Below are positions 18,572 to 26,769 of a stretch of 42,048 bases of DNA, piece after piece (position 1 is the first letter of the stretch; each line of letters starts with the position of its first letter). Where the stretch lies: the IMG/VR virus record IMGVR_UViG_3300038314_000845, positions 1-42,048 of that record. The stretch is one strand, 5' to 3'. The position numbers and the translations under genes are program-made. This DNA is from a virus. Taxonomy: Duplodnaviria; Caudoviricetes. The notes below the pieces were generated by a model, which did not search any database, was not told the DNA's origin, and saw only the letters and a list, made by a program, of their open reading frames with translations.

Positions 18572-18840
18572 AACTCTTCATCCAGTTGGTTAATAATATA
18601 AGCCGCCATCGCCTCCTGCTGGCTAGGCGTTGTGTCATGGTGTCCGCGTGCAATAAAACGCAATTCAGCCGCAGGAATCACCACAGGCTCTCCATGTGCG
18701 TCGCTGGCGATTAGGGCTGGTTGGTTAACTGTAAGTGAAGTGACGGACAAAATAAAACCCCTAACGTGGTTTATAGGGGTAGTATAGCAAGTGTGTTGGT
18801 GTTGGGCTAGTTCCTGTCGATAAACAAGATTACTCGCCAA
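18568..18840 (-). CDS. Hypothetical protein
   Basis: ORF in co-oriented small-gene run; start uncertain. Confidence 0.5.
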   Translation of the reverse strand: MASNLVYRQELAQHQHTCYTTPINHVRGFILSVTSLTVNQPALIASDAHGEPVVIPAAELRFIARGHHDTTPSQQEAMAAYIINQLDEEL

Positions 18841-19013
18841 CTATGCCAGAATAAATCTTTGGCTTGCCACCATATTTTTGATGCCGACCATTGCTTTGTT
18901 CCTTGCCGTTTTCTTACCGTATTTGACAATGCAAAACACCAAACTAACCAAAGCGGGAACAGTAGAATATAAACAACCGCAACACAGTAATTTGCCAGAT
19001 TCCTATTCATCAC
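18807..19013 (-). CDS. Small membrane protein
   Basis: Hydrophobic N-terminal helix, ATGA coupling. Confidence 0.6.
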   Translation of the reverse strand: MMNRNLANYCVAVVYILLFPLWLVWCFALSNTVRKRQGTKQWSASKIWWQAKDLFWHSWRVILFIDRN

Positions 19014-19315
19014 TCACCATCCTTACCGTTGCGGATTTGTTGGGCGTAGCCCATCATCATATCTACATTGTCTGACCTATCATCGTTTTTGCTCATGTTG
19101 TCTAAAAGATAGTTAACAGCATTTTCAACCGCACTGGCACGAACTTCGGCTACCTCGGCGTTCGTTAAGCATAGTTTGCTCATCTCGGTTACATTGTACC
19201 TTAACTCAGCATTCTCCCGCTCCAACTGCTCGATTCGGTCGGCGGCTTGTCGCATTTCAAGTGTTGTTATTTGCTTTGCGTTGTATGTTTTTAATACTTT
19301 CACTAAATCACTCAT
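19010..19315 (-). CDS. Hypothetical coiled-coil phage protein
   Basis: AADRIEQLERENAEL motif; SD AAGGAG. Confidence 0.7.
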   Translation of the reverse strand: MSDLVKVLKTYNAKQITTLEMRQAADRIEQLERENAELRYNVTEMSKLCLTNAEVAEVRASAVENAVNYLLDNMSKNDDRSDNVDMMMGYAQQIRNGKDGE

Positions 19316-19473
19316 TTGCTCTGCTCCTTCATCCGCGCATCAATGTCGATGTTAATCAGGCTGTATTCGCCAACCATGTTTTGCGTTAAGTTAAAATCAA
19401 CATTGTTTAAAACAACCCAATTTTCATAGGCTTTTTGCCATGCTTCACGCAATAGCTGTTGCACTTCGTTCAT
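19312..19473 (-). CDS. Hypothetical protein
   Basis: SD GGAGAGG before MNEVQQ. Confidence 0.6.
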   Translation of the reverse strand: MNEVQQLLREAWQKAYENWVVLNNVDFNLTQNMVGEYSLINIDIDARMKEQSK

Positions 19474-19503
19474 CGCCCTCTCCATCCAATTAAACACACC
19501 CAA

Positions 19504-19541
19504 AGCCTAGCACGGTTTTGTGGTGGAAGTGGTATGACCAG
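19504..19541 (-). promoter_or_regulatory. Promoter with palindrome CTGGTCATACCAC (19529-19541)
   Basis: Minus strand palindrome-19-(TGC)TAGGCT driving small genes after terL. Confidence 0.7.
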
Positions 19542-20771
19542 TTAAAAAGCAATCTTAACGGCGGAGGTGGTTTTGTGCTGAATCGGGAACAGCGAGTGTA
19601 TCTGATACCCAAGCGCATCAGTAATATGGTCTAGCCCAAGTGACTTATCAGGCTGACTTGTGCCTTCCTTGTAAGTCATACCATCAAGCCCTTTTATTAG
19701 CTCTTTGCAGCGCGGGTGAATAAACAATCTGCGTTCGCCGTCCGTATTGCACAACATCGCTTGCACTTCGTTTATGCGGTCTGCTACTGCAGGCGCTTTA
19801 TTTGGCGCTAAAACTAAAAAGCCGTGTTGCTCAAGTATGGTGAAGTCAGTAACCCCGCCTGCAGCACTGGTTTTCCGCGCATTTCCGCTGGGGTCTGGGT
19901 AAGCCCTGATTTTGTGATTCGGGTATCGTTTCTTGATTTCCTGTGACAGCTCGGTTGTGTTTGAGTTTCTGATGCACAGCTCATCCACTATGTGTAACTG
20001 GTCAGATACTTTCACGGCAACGGAAGCTGTTATCGGATCGATATTAAAATCGACTCCGATATGCAACTCTGAAACACTATCGATGGTGGCGATGTCTGCA
20101 GACACGTTTATATCTCTATCAAAATTCGAATAAACCCTATTTGATAGTGTTTCAAAACTAGCCAAGTATTCTTGTTTAAAGGTTCTTTCTGGGAGCTCCC
20201 TTCTAGCCGCCTCTATTTCTTCTTGTGTTACGTTTCCGCCATCTGCAGTCGTGAACTGAAAAGACTCCCAGTCTGGCTCATCTTGATTCCTGCCATGCTC
20301 GTAAAGGTCTTTAAACCAGTTGAATCCGCTAGGTGAAGATATAAACATGACTGGCGCAAGCTTATCCGATGTGGCTGGTCTTATTACGTCAGTCCAGACC
20401 TCCCTAGCCATGAAGCTTGCTTCGTCAAGACACACAGAGCTAAGGGAAACGCCTCGTAAGCTATCCCTGTTCTCTGCGCCCTTTAATTGGATAACCGCCC
20501 CGTTTGCGAACTCGACTGATAAATCGGATTCGTTCTTGTGCTTGATATGCTCGATGAAAAGCTCTTTAAGTAGCCTCCATGCGATCTGCTTAGCCATAAC
20601 GTAAGACGGCGCAACGTAGTAGTGCAAGCCGCCTTTTGTCATTGCGTTATGAACAAGCCACGTGAGCGCAAGGTAAGACTTTCCAAAACGGCGACCTGCA
20701 GACACAATTTTAAATCTGGCGGGTGACTTCCAGACTCTTGTTTGTGGTTTTGTCAGCCTAACCTTGCTCAT
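19542..20771 (-). CDS. terL: Terminase large subunit
   Basis: Walker A AGRRFGKS, Walker B VCLDEA, nuclease GVDFN and DHITDALGY. Confidence 0.95.
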   Translation of the reverse strand: MSKVRLTKPQTRVWKSPARFKIVSAGRRFGKSYLALTWLVHNAMTKGGLHYYVAPSYVMAKQIAWRLLKELFIEHIKHKNESDLSVEFANGAVIQLKGAENRDSLRGVSLSSVCLDEASFMAREVWTDVIRPATSDKLAPVMFISSPSGFNWFKDLYEHGRNQDEPDWESFQFTTADGGNVTQEEIEAARRELPERTFKQEYLASFETLSNRVYSNFDRDINVSADIATIDSVSELHIGVDFNIDPITASVAVKVSDQLHIVDELCIRNSNTTELSQEIKKRYPNHKIRAYPDPSGNARKTSAAGGVTDFTILEQHGFLVLAPNKAPAVADRINEVQAMLCNTDGERRLFIHPRCKELIKGLDGMTYKEGTSQPDKSLGLDHITDALGYQIHSLFPIQHKTTSAVKIAF

Positions 20772-21438
20772 ATTTTGCGCCTTTTGAAAAGTTTTCATCA
20801 GCCCATAGTGGCCGCAAATTTTCTAGTGCATTGATTATAGCAGGGTCTGTTACGCCTTCGTCAATAAACGCTTTAACTGGCTTGATATGGTCAATATGCC
20901 ATTCGCCGTAGTTATTCCATGACATTCCGCCTTGAAACATACCTTCTAGATGTGCAACCAGCTCTTCGCTAGTATAAGGCAGGTAATCTTTTGTTCTTTT
21001 ATATTTCTTCTGACCTGAGACACCTAAGGCTCTGTGCAACATTCTTCTTGACACCAAATACATTTTAAAAGACGGGTCGCTAGACGCCTTTCTTTTAGCC
21101 CATTCTTTTTTATACTTGGTTCTTTTTGCTGCGTTCTCTGCTTGGTACTTTAATGTGGCAGCTTTTATTTTTTCTGAGTTTTTTGCGTAGTATCTTTTAT
21201 TTCTTTCGCGCATTTTTCTCAATACTTCTTCTCTGTTCTCTCGGTGGTATCTTCTTGATGCCAGTCGCGCTTTTTCTTTGTACTCAGGAGAGCTATCTCT
21301 CATTTTTTGGCAACTCAGGCATTGTCCGTCTTTTGTTCTTCTGACTGAGGTATGAGAATGCTTGCAGGGTTTTCCTGTAAAGTAGAATTCTGAATCGACT
21401 TCAAATGCTTTCTTGCGGGTGCTAGGTAGGTTTTTCAT
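20758..21438 (-). CDS. HNH-type homing endonuclease between terS and terL
   Basis: YFTGKPCKHSH...CLSC N-terminus; MSWNNYGEWHIDHIKP...NLRPLWADEN. Confidence 0.85.
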   Translation of the reverse strand: MKNLPSTRKKAFEVDSEFYFTGKPCKHSHTSVRRTKDGQCLSCQKMRDSSPEYKEKARLASRRYHRENREEVLRKMRERNKRYYAKNSEKIKAATLKYQAENAAKRTKYKKEWAKRKASSDPSFKMYLVSRRMLHRALGVSGQKKYKRTKDYLPYTSEELVAHLEGMFQGGMSWNNYGEWHIDHIKPVKAFIDEGVTDPAIINALENLRPLWADENFSKGAKYEQG

Positions 21439-21541
21439 GGTAAGCCCTCTTGAGCTAGAGTGAGCCTGAATGAGAATGGTGGCTGCTAGGGGCTCATTCC
21501 TAACACGGCTTGCAAACCGCTGCCACCGTCATAAAATTATA

Positions 21542-21916
21542 CTATTCTTCGTCGTCCTCGTCCAGCACAACAACCAATGGCTGCATTGTTCCGTCTTGCG
21601 AAGAATGGTTAAGGTCTTGTTTGTCTGAATAGCCGTGCTTGGTAAGCATCATCTTTGTTACTGCAGGATTGAATCCGCCAATTAGTCCGCCGTTGATTAA
21701 CTTTCGCTCCTGATATTCTGCTACACGCGTAAAAATGTCCGAAAACTCTGGCTTGTCTTCATCTTTCGACCATTCATAAAGCGTGCTTCTGGCAATTCCA
21801 ATCTCGCAAGCCATGCCTGCAACTGTTGGCACAGCGTCGCCATATTGCTCGTGATTGTCAACATAGTCTGCAGCTTTGGCTAGGATTTCATCGTTGTAAT
21901 CTGTAGGACGCGCCAC
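21542..21916 (-). CDS. terS: Terminase small subunit
   Basis: MARPTDY...PTVAG...STLYEW...GYSDKQ motifs; upstream of terL. Confidence 0.85.
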   Translation of the reverse strand: MARPTDYNDEILAKAADYVDNHEQYGDAVPTVAGMACEIGIARSTLYEWSKDEDKPEFSDIFTRVAEYQERKLINGGLIGGFNPAVTKMMLTKHGYSDKQDLNHSSQDGTMQPLVVVLDEDDEE

Positions 21917-21963
21917 CGGCTCACCTCGTTAAATCGTTACAAGCACCGCTTGAATATGCAGAC

Positions 21964-21992
21964 AGTATAGCGTAAGAAAAATTGTGGGGCAA
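21964..21992 (-). promoter_or_regulatory. Sigma70-like promoter for terminase genes (no palindrome)
   Basis: TTGCCC-17-TATACT. Confidence 0.55.
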
Positions 21993-22354
21993 GTGGAAAG
22001 CCGCGACGTAGGTAAATGAACCAAGAGGCCGCGGGCGTGTTGTAATGCGCCGACCGAGTTTGCTCAATCCGCATAACGCATTTTTGAGTTGGCCGACCAA
22101 ACTTACTCCCTTAAAGGGCTGTTCGGCGGAGTATTTAAACCTGCCAGCGACCAACTCAAAAATACGCCCTCTCTCGAGTATTGCAGCGCCTATCGGGTTC
22201 TTTGTCTCCTGTACGCTGCGACAACGTTTTTAAACGCGCCCCACTCTGAAAAGGGCTTGTTTCCGTAGTAGTAAAAAATCAAATACACGGCTACGGTTTA
22301 AGAGCAACAGTCCTTTCACCTGCTCGGCCACTCTGCGGAGGCTATGAAGTAATC

Positions 22355-22636
22355 CTAGTCCATTGACCACAAACATTCAAGGTAAATATCATTTTGAAAG
22401 TCTGTAACCGGCTTCGTGCGATAACCCTCTGGATATTGCGGGCGTTTGTATGCCGTCTTGATAATATCCTGTAGCAGCTCATTGTCGGTAATCTTAATCA
22501 TTTTGACCAGCGGCACGCCAGCCTGCCGATTTTCCATGACAGTCTGAGCGAATCCAGCCATTTTCTCGCAAACGGTTTCCTCGGCGGCCAGTTGTGTGCT
22601 TGCCAGTGCCAGCGTGAGTAGTAGTGGTTTAATCAT
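22355..22636 (-). CDS. Secreted/periplasmic protein
   Basis: Signal peptide MIKPLLLTLALASTQLAA, two Cys. Confidence 0.7.
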   Translation of the reverse strand: MIKPLLLTLALASTQLAAEETVCEKMAGFAQTVMENRQAGVPLVKMIKITDNELLQDIIKTAYKRPQYPEGYRTKPVTDFQNDIYLECLWSMD

Positions 22637-22880
22637 TTTGGTTCTCAAGTTGTTCTAGTAGTGCATCGGCATATTCTGTAGCTGACTTGCTCACAGCATC
22701 AGGCGTATACTCACCATACTCATTCCAGTATGGATTGGATAGAATTCCCTGCATTGCCGCCATTGCAAATTGCTCGCGTTTGGTTAGTCCGCTTAATCCC
22801 TTTTTCACGTAATCTCCTCGTGTATTGTGATGCTGGTAATCAAGTGGCATTGCTGGCATATCTCCGTTCTTAATCTTCAT
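22629..22880 (-). CDS. Conserved phage hypothetical protein
   Basis: GLTKREQFAMAAMQG...ADALL motif; SD before MKIKNG. Confidence 0.75.
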   Translation of the reverse strand: MKIKNGDMPAMPLDYQHHNTRGDYVKKGLSGLTKREQFAMAAMQGILSNPYWNEYGEYTPDAVSKSATEYADALLEQLENQND

Positions 22881-22948
22881 AATCTTTCTCCCTCCAATAA
22901 GCTCACCAACAGCATAGCAAACTTTTTCGAGGTAAGTGGTCGGATGAG

Positions 22949-23179
22949 TTAAGCCACCCGCCAAATACGAACGCCGCCGCATGGCTGAGTTCTGCATTTT
23001 AGTTTGATTTCTGTTCTAAAATTAAAAACGTGAGCCGCACTTATAGCTTTTTTCTTGTTTACGGCATTCACAAAAATACTCTCGCCTACACGCATATCTC
23101 TAAACGGGTACTTCGGCGGCTTACCCACGCAAGATGGGCTATCAATCTCAATTCCTTTTTCTATCTCATATTTAGTCAT
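22949..23179 (-). CDS. Small putative DNA-binding phage protein
   Basis: IEKGIEI...KYPFRDMRVGES...GVRIWR motif; SD GGAG. Confidence 0.7.
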   Translation of the reverse strand: MTKYEIEKGIEIDSPSCVGKPPKYPFRDMRVGESIFVNAVNKKKAISAAHVFNFRTEIKLKCRTQPCGGVRIWRVA

Positions 23180-23254
23180 TTTTACACTCCGTATGCTCAG
23201 TTTTTTAATTGTATCGTATGTAATAATATTTGCAAGATAAGTGTTAATTATTTC

Positions 23255-23650
23255 ATTTTGCCCCATTTGCCGCGCCCGTATTTAAAGGGCTGTAGCGATT
23301 TTAATGTCTGTCTGCGGCATGGATGTAAGCTATGGGGAGAATTTTGCCCCATCTGGAATCCTTATAGAATAAGGGATTAAGTATAATAAAGAGGTATATG
23401 TAACTTAACTTAACTTATTTTCTTTTTTGCTTATCTTATTCTCACCTACTACCGCCGCAAAATTTTCATTCACACATACATGCCACCCCAAAAATCTGCC
23501 GCAAATCGACGAAAAACGCTGAAAGCCTTTACTGGCGTGGTCTACGCTTGGGGCAAGAATCTTACACGGGTGCCCCATAGATTAGTTTAAGTTATTGATA
23601 TATAAAGTAAAACCCATTCTCCCCACGTTGCCGCACATCTGCCGCAAATA
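23255..23650. repeat. Putative replication origin with TGCC(C/G)CA iterons and an IHF site
   Basis: About 12 exact or near copies in both orientations around an AT-rich core; TATCAATAACTTA (minus, 23588-23600) matches WATCAANNNNTTR. Confidence 0.6.
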
Positions 23651-23713
23651 GCCTGTATTCGATTATTTTTTAACCTATTATTGGGTTAAGTGTTGTTATT
23701 CAGTCATGATGTG

Positions 23714-23742
23714 TTGACTAAATGAGTTGATGCGCCTAACAT
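23714..23742 (+). promoter_or_regulatory. Promoter of replication operon
   Basis: TTGACT-17-TAACAT. Confidence 0.6.
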
Positions 23743-23777
23743 TGCACCTAACAGATAACAAAACCAAACAGTGAACG

Positions 23778-24032
23778 GTGGTTAAAATGCTTTTATCAAA
23801 ATCCCAAATAAAAGAAAAACAAGCGGCAGAATTGGCGCGTCTAATTGATTACGTCGGAAGCCGTAACGCGTTAGCTTCTCAATTAGGTGTTGATTATTCC
23901 GTCGTTACTATGTGGATAAAGCGCGGCCGTATCAGTGCGACACAAGCAACAGCGGTTGAGCGTCTAAGTGAAGGTCGCTTTAAGCGTCAAGACTTGCGAC
24001 CTGACGTTCCAGCGTGGCGCGAAGAAGTGTAG
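23778..24032 (+). CDS. Cro/YdaS-like HTH transcription regulator
   Basis: GSRNALASQLGV..SVVTMWIKRGRI...LRPD. Confidence 0.85.
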   Translation: MVKMLLSKSQIKEKQAAELARLIDYVGSRNALASQLGVDYSVVTMWIKRGRISATQATAVERLSEGRFKRQDLRPDVPAWREEV

Positions 24033-24040
24033 AGGTCGCT

Positions 24041-25180
24041 ATGAGTGATTTTTTACTGGATTATCACGATATAGAGCCACAGATGCGCGGTCAGTGGGAA
24101 GGCTTTATTGCCAACGAAACGGGTATTGATGCAGGTCTTGAAGGTCGTCAGCGTGGCAAAAATGGCGAGTGTCCTATCTGTGGCGGAAATGACCGAGCGC
24201 ATTTCAGAGAGCATGACGGGCGTGTATTTTTATTTTGTCGTGGCGGCTGTGGCAATACGGATTCTACGTGGGGCAGTAATACATGCAGCACGCCGGAATA
24301 CTTGTGCATGACAATAGGCGGCTATGACTTTTCAACGCTTGTCGAGCGCTGCGCTGAGTGGTTAGGCATGCAGGTTCCTGAGCGTAAAAGCAGTTCCGCC
24401 GCAAAAATCTCGCCAGTCAACTCAAAACCTAAAGCGTTCACCACGCCTGACAACAAAAAGCCGTTTTACAAGTCGCCGGAAGATTATGAGAAAGCGCAAA
24501 AAGAAGCGACTGAGGATTCTAGCTCACCAAGCGTCGAGCCAACCCAAAAACAACCATCAAAAACGACCAAATTCGTAAACGTAAACGACGCTATGGCATT
24601 ATCTGAGGTTGTGGCATGGCATCGTATAGGGTACTGCGCTAAAAACGCTGTAACTGGCTCTGAGGGTGAATTTCTATCAATCAAACGTGGCGAGCAATAT
24701 AATTTATTGGTGCCGCTTTTTCTTGACACGACAAGGCGAGTTGTTCTGGTCGGAGCAGTTGAGATTGATTCTGATGGTAAAGTAATGAAATACGGTTCAT
24801 GCGGTGGCGCTTATGCAACGCTTGATGGTGATAGTGATATGCGCGTTTTTTGCACTGACTACGCAACGGCTTTAAGAATAAACCGTGAAGCAGGCTGTAA
24901 GTGTTATTACTCACCGACACCAAGCGCCTTTAAAAAGACCGATGCGAATTACTGCTATATCAACAGTTACGACCATGAAGTGATGCACAAAGCGACCGCG
25001 TTTTACGGCCAGAAAGTGGAGTACATCATTCCGAGCGCATGGATAAAAGGCTTTTTTGATGAACAGTCATATCGCTCAAACAGTTTAATTCAAGACAAAT
25101 TAAAAGGGTATCGGATAATGACTTATGACGAATGCCAGCAATACATAAAAGAATTTGAAGATGCGGAGGTGCAGGCATGA
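24041..25180 (+). CDS. Primase-like protein with P4-alpha-type zinc-binding domain
   Basis: CPICGGNDRAHFR...FCRGGCG; C-terminal TOPRIM-like region looks degenerate; SD GAGG before 24041. Confidence 0.7.
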   Translation: MSDFLLDYHDIEPQMRGQWEGFIANETGIDAGLEGRQRGKNGECPICGGNDRAHFREHDGRVFLFCRGGCGNTDSTWGSNTCSTPEYLCMTIGGYDFSTLVERCAEWLGMQVPERKSSSAAKISPVNSKPKAFTTPDNKKPFYKSPEDYEKAQKEATEDSSSPSVEPTQKQPSKTTKFVNVNDAMALSEVVAWHRIGYCAKNAVTGSEGEFLSIKRGEQYNLLVPLFLDTTRRVVLVGAVEIDSDGKVMKYGSCGGAYATLDGDSDMRVFCTDYATALRINREAGCKCYYSPTPSAFKKTDANYCYINSYDHEVMHKATAFYGQKVEYIIPSAWIKGFFDEQSYRSNSLIQDKLKGYRIMTYDECQQYIKEFEDAEVQA

Positions 25181-26733
25181 ACGAAACACAGAAAAAAGAC
25201 CTGCTAGCCGCAAAAGAAATTGCCAAGCGTGAAAGTATCGCGGTTCCATTGGCATCGAAAAAGCTACATGAGAACAATGTGAACTTAGAGCAGTATTGGC
25301 CTGAGCCTTTGGCGATTGGTGAGGATTCGGTAAATTATTCTGATGTTGACTTGATTACTCACGGTGGCTGGCTAGGTGAGTTCGCCACATCGGTTGCAAG
25401 CTCGATACAATTTCCGGCGAACACGGCTTTTTTGCACTTGCTAGGAATTATGAGTTGCGCCACTGCAAAATCATTCCGTTATGAATACTACGGAGATTCG
25501 GCATCGGTTAATCTTTACGCTGTTACAGCGCAACCTTCATCTAGCGGGAAAAGCGGCATTCATAAGCGTTATGCAACGCCTTTTCAAGTTGCTTTGAGTG
25601 AATTTAACCGACTGAATGCGGTTGAGAAGGCTAAGATTGATAAAGAAATCGACGATCTGGAAAAACAGATTGCACAGCGCGAAAAAGACGGTCAGGCAGA
25701 TACGGAAATGCTAAGAGAGTTAGCTGACCTGCAAGAGAAGGGCGAAAAGTATAATCGCATTGAATTCGCGTTTGATGACATTACACCAGAAGCGGCAGAG
25801 GCTGCGGCGGTTCGTCAGGGCGGATTGATTAACATTGCCAGCGCCGAAGCTGATGCGCTTAATATCATATTGGGTGATGTTTACAAGGGGCAAAGCTCTA
25901 AAGCTAACTACGGAATGTTCTTGAAAACGTGGGATACGGAGTGGCATTCACCGAGCCGTATCACACGTAACACGAAAGCGGGATTTGTTTATGGCTCCGT
26001 TGCGGTGATTGCTCAACAGGCGGCTATCGAATCAATCTTGCAAGCTGGCATGAGTGGGCGAGGAATCAGCGAACGCATGTTGCTATTATCTGAGCGCCCC
26101 GTTTTAGGTCATCGTGACCACACTAAATACACGCCCGTAAATAACGAACTGAAAGAGCGATACGGCCATTTATGCCGGAACATTATTTTTGAGCGTGAGC
26201 CTGTTTTGTTGAAGCTTGATAGTAAGAGCATGGATTTAATCGTTGCTTACCGTCAAGAGATTGAGCCTAAGCTGGCAGATGATGGTGAATACTCAAACGC
26301 TATGATTCGCGGCGCAATGGGTAAGGCGGATAAGCAGATTATAAAAATCGCTTCATTGCTTCATATTGCGGAAGAATGGCAAGGAGAGCAGCCACGCAGA
26401 AAGCCATTTATCACAGTCGATTGTGTCAAGCGTGCGATTGAGATATTCGAGCAATTATCACAGACTTACATTCAGGCAGCAGCGCGATTAGGTTTTGCCG
26501 GAGAAGAAACTGAGGTTTTATGCTTAATTGAGGCGCTAGAGCGGTACGCAAAAAAACGCAAAATGAAAATAACGGTTCGTCAATTCCGTGATGCAGTTAA
26601 GAACCTAAAGCCAATGCAGAACGTGCCAAATGTTACTCAGAGAATACGCGAAATTTTATTGCCAAAAGTTGAGGGTATGGGCTACGTCGCTATTGAAGAT
26701 GAGCAGATTTACATTAACCCAAAATTAAAATAA
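25177..26733 (+). CDS. DUF3987/YfjI-family P-loop protein (putative replicative helicase)
   Basis: NLYAVTAQPSSSGKS, DDITPEA, GRGISERML motifs. Confidence 0.75.
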   Translation: MNETQKKDLLAAKEIAKRESIAVPLASKKLHENNVNLEQYWPEPLAIGEDSVNYSDVDLITHGGWLGEFATSVASSIQFPANTAFLHLLGIMSCATAKSFRYEYYGDSASVNLYAVTAQPSSSGKSGIHKRYATPFQVALSEFNRLNAVEKAKIDKEIDDLEKQIAQREKDGQADTEMLRELADLQEKGEKYNRIEFAFDDITPEAAEAAAVRQGGLINIASAEADALNIILGDVYKGQSSKANYGMFLKTWDTEWHSPSRITRNTKAGFVYGSVAVIAQQAAIESILQAGMSGRGISERMLLLSERPVLGHRDHTKYTPVNNELKERYGHLCRNIIFEREPVLLKLDSKSMDLIVAYRQEIEPKLADDGEYSNAMIRGAMGKADKQIIKIASLLHIAEEWQGEQPRRKPFITVDCVKRAIEIFEQLSQTYIQAAARLGFAGEETEVLCLIEALERYAKKRKMKITVRQFRDAVKNLKPMQNVPNVTQRIREILLPKVEGMGYVAIEDEQIYINPKLK

Positions 26734-26769
26734 TAGCTGTAACGATAAATTTACAGAATGGAGAGAAAT

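Noticed and set aside
19996-20010. Extra palindrome copy AACTGGTCAGATACT in terL, and similar half-sites near 54 and 37834
   Set aside because: Right half missing, inside coding sequence, no -10 box at the expected spacing
22290-22345. Functional tRNA gene
   Set aside because: tRNA-like 5' start only; anticodon stem, T-loop and acceptor pairing could not be built
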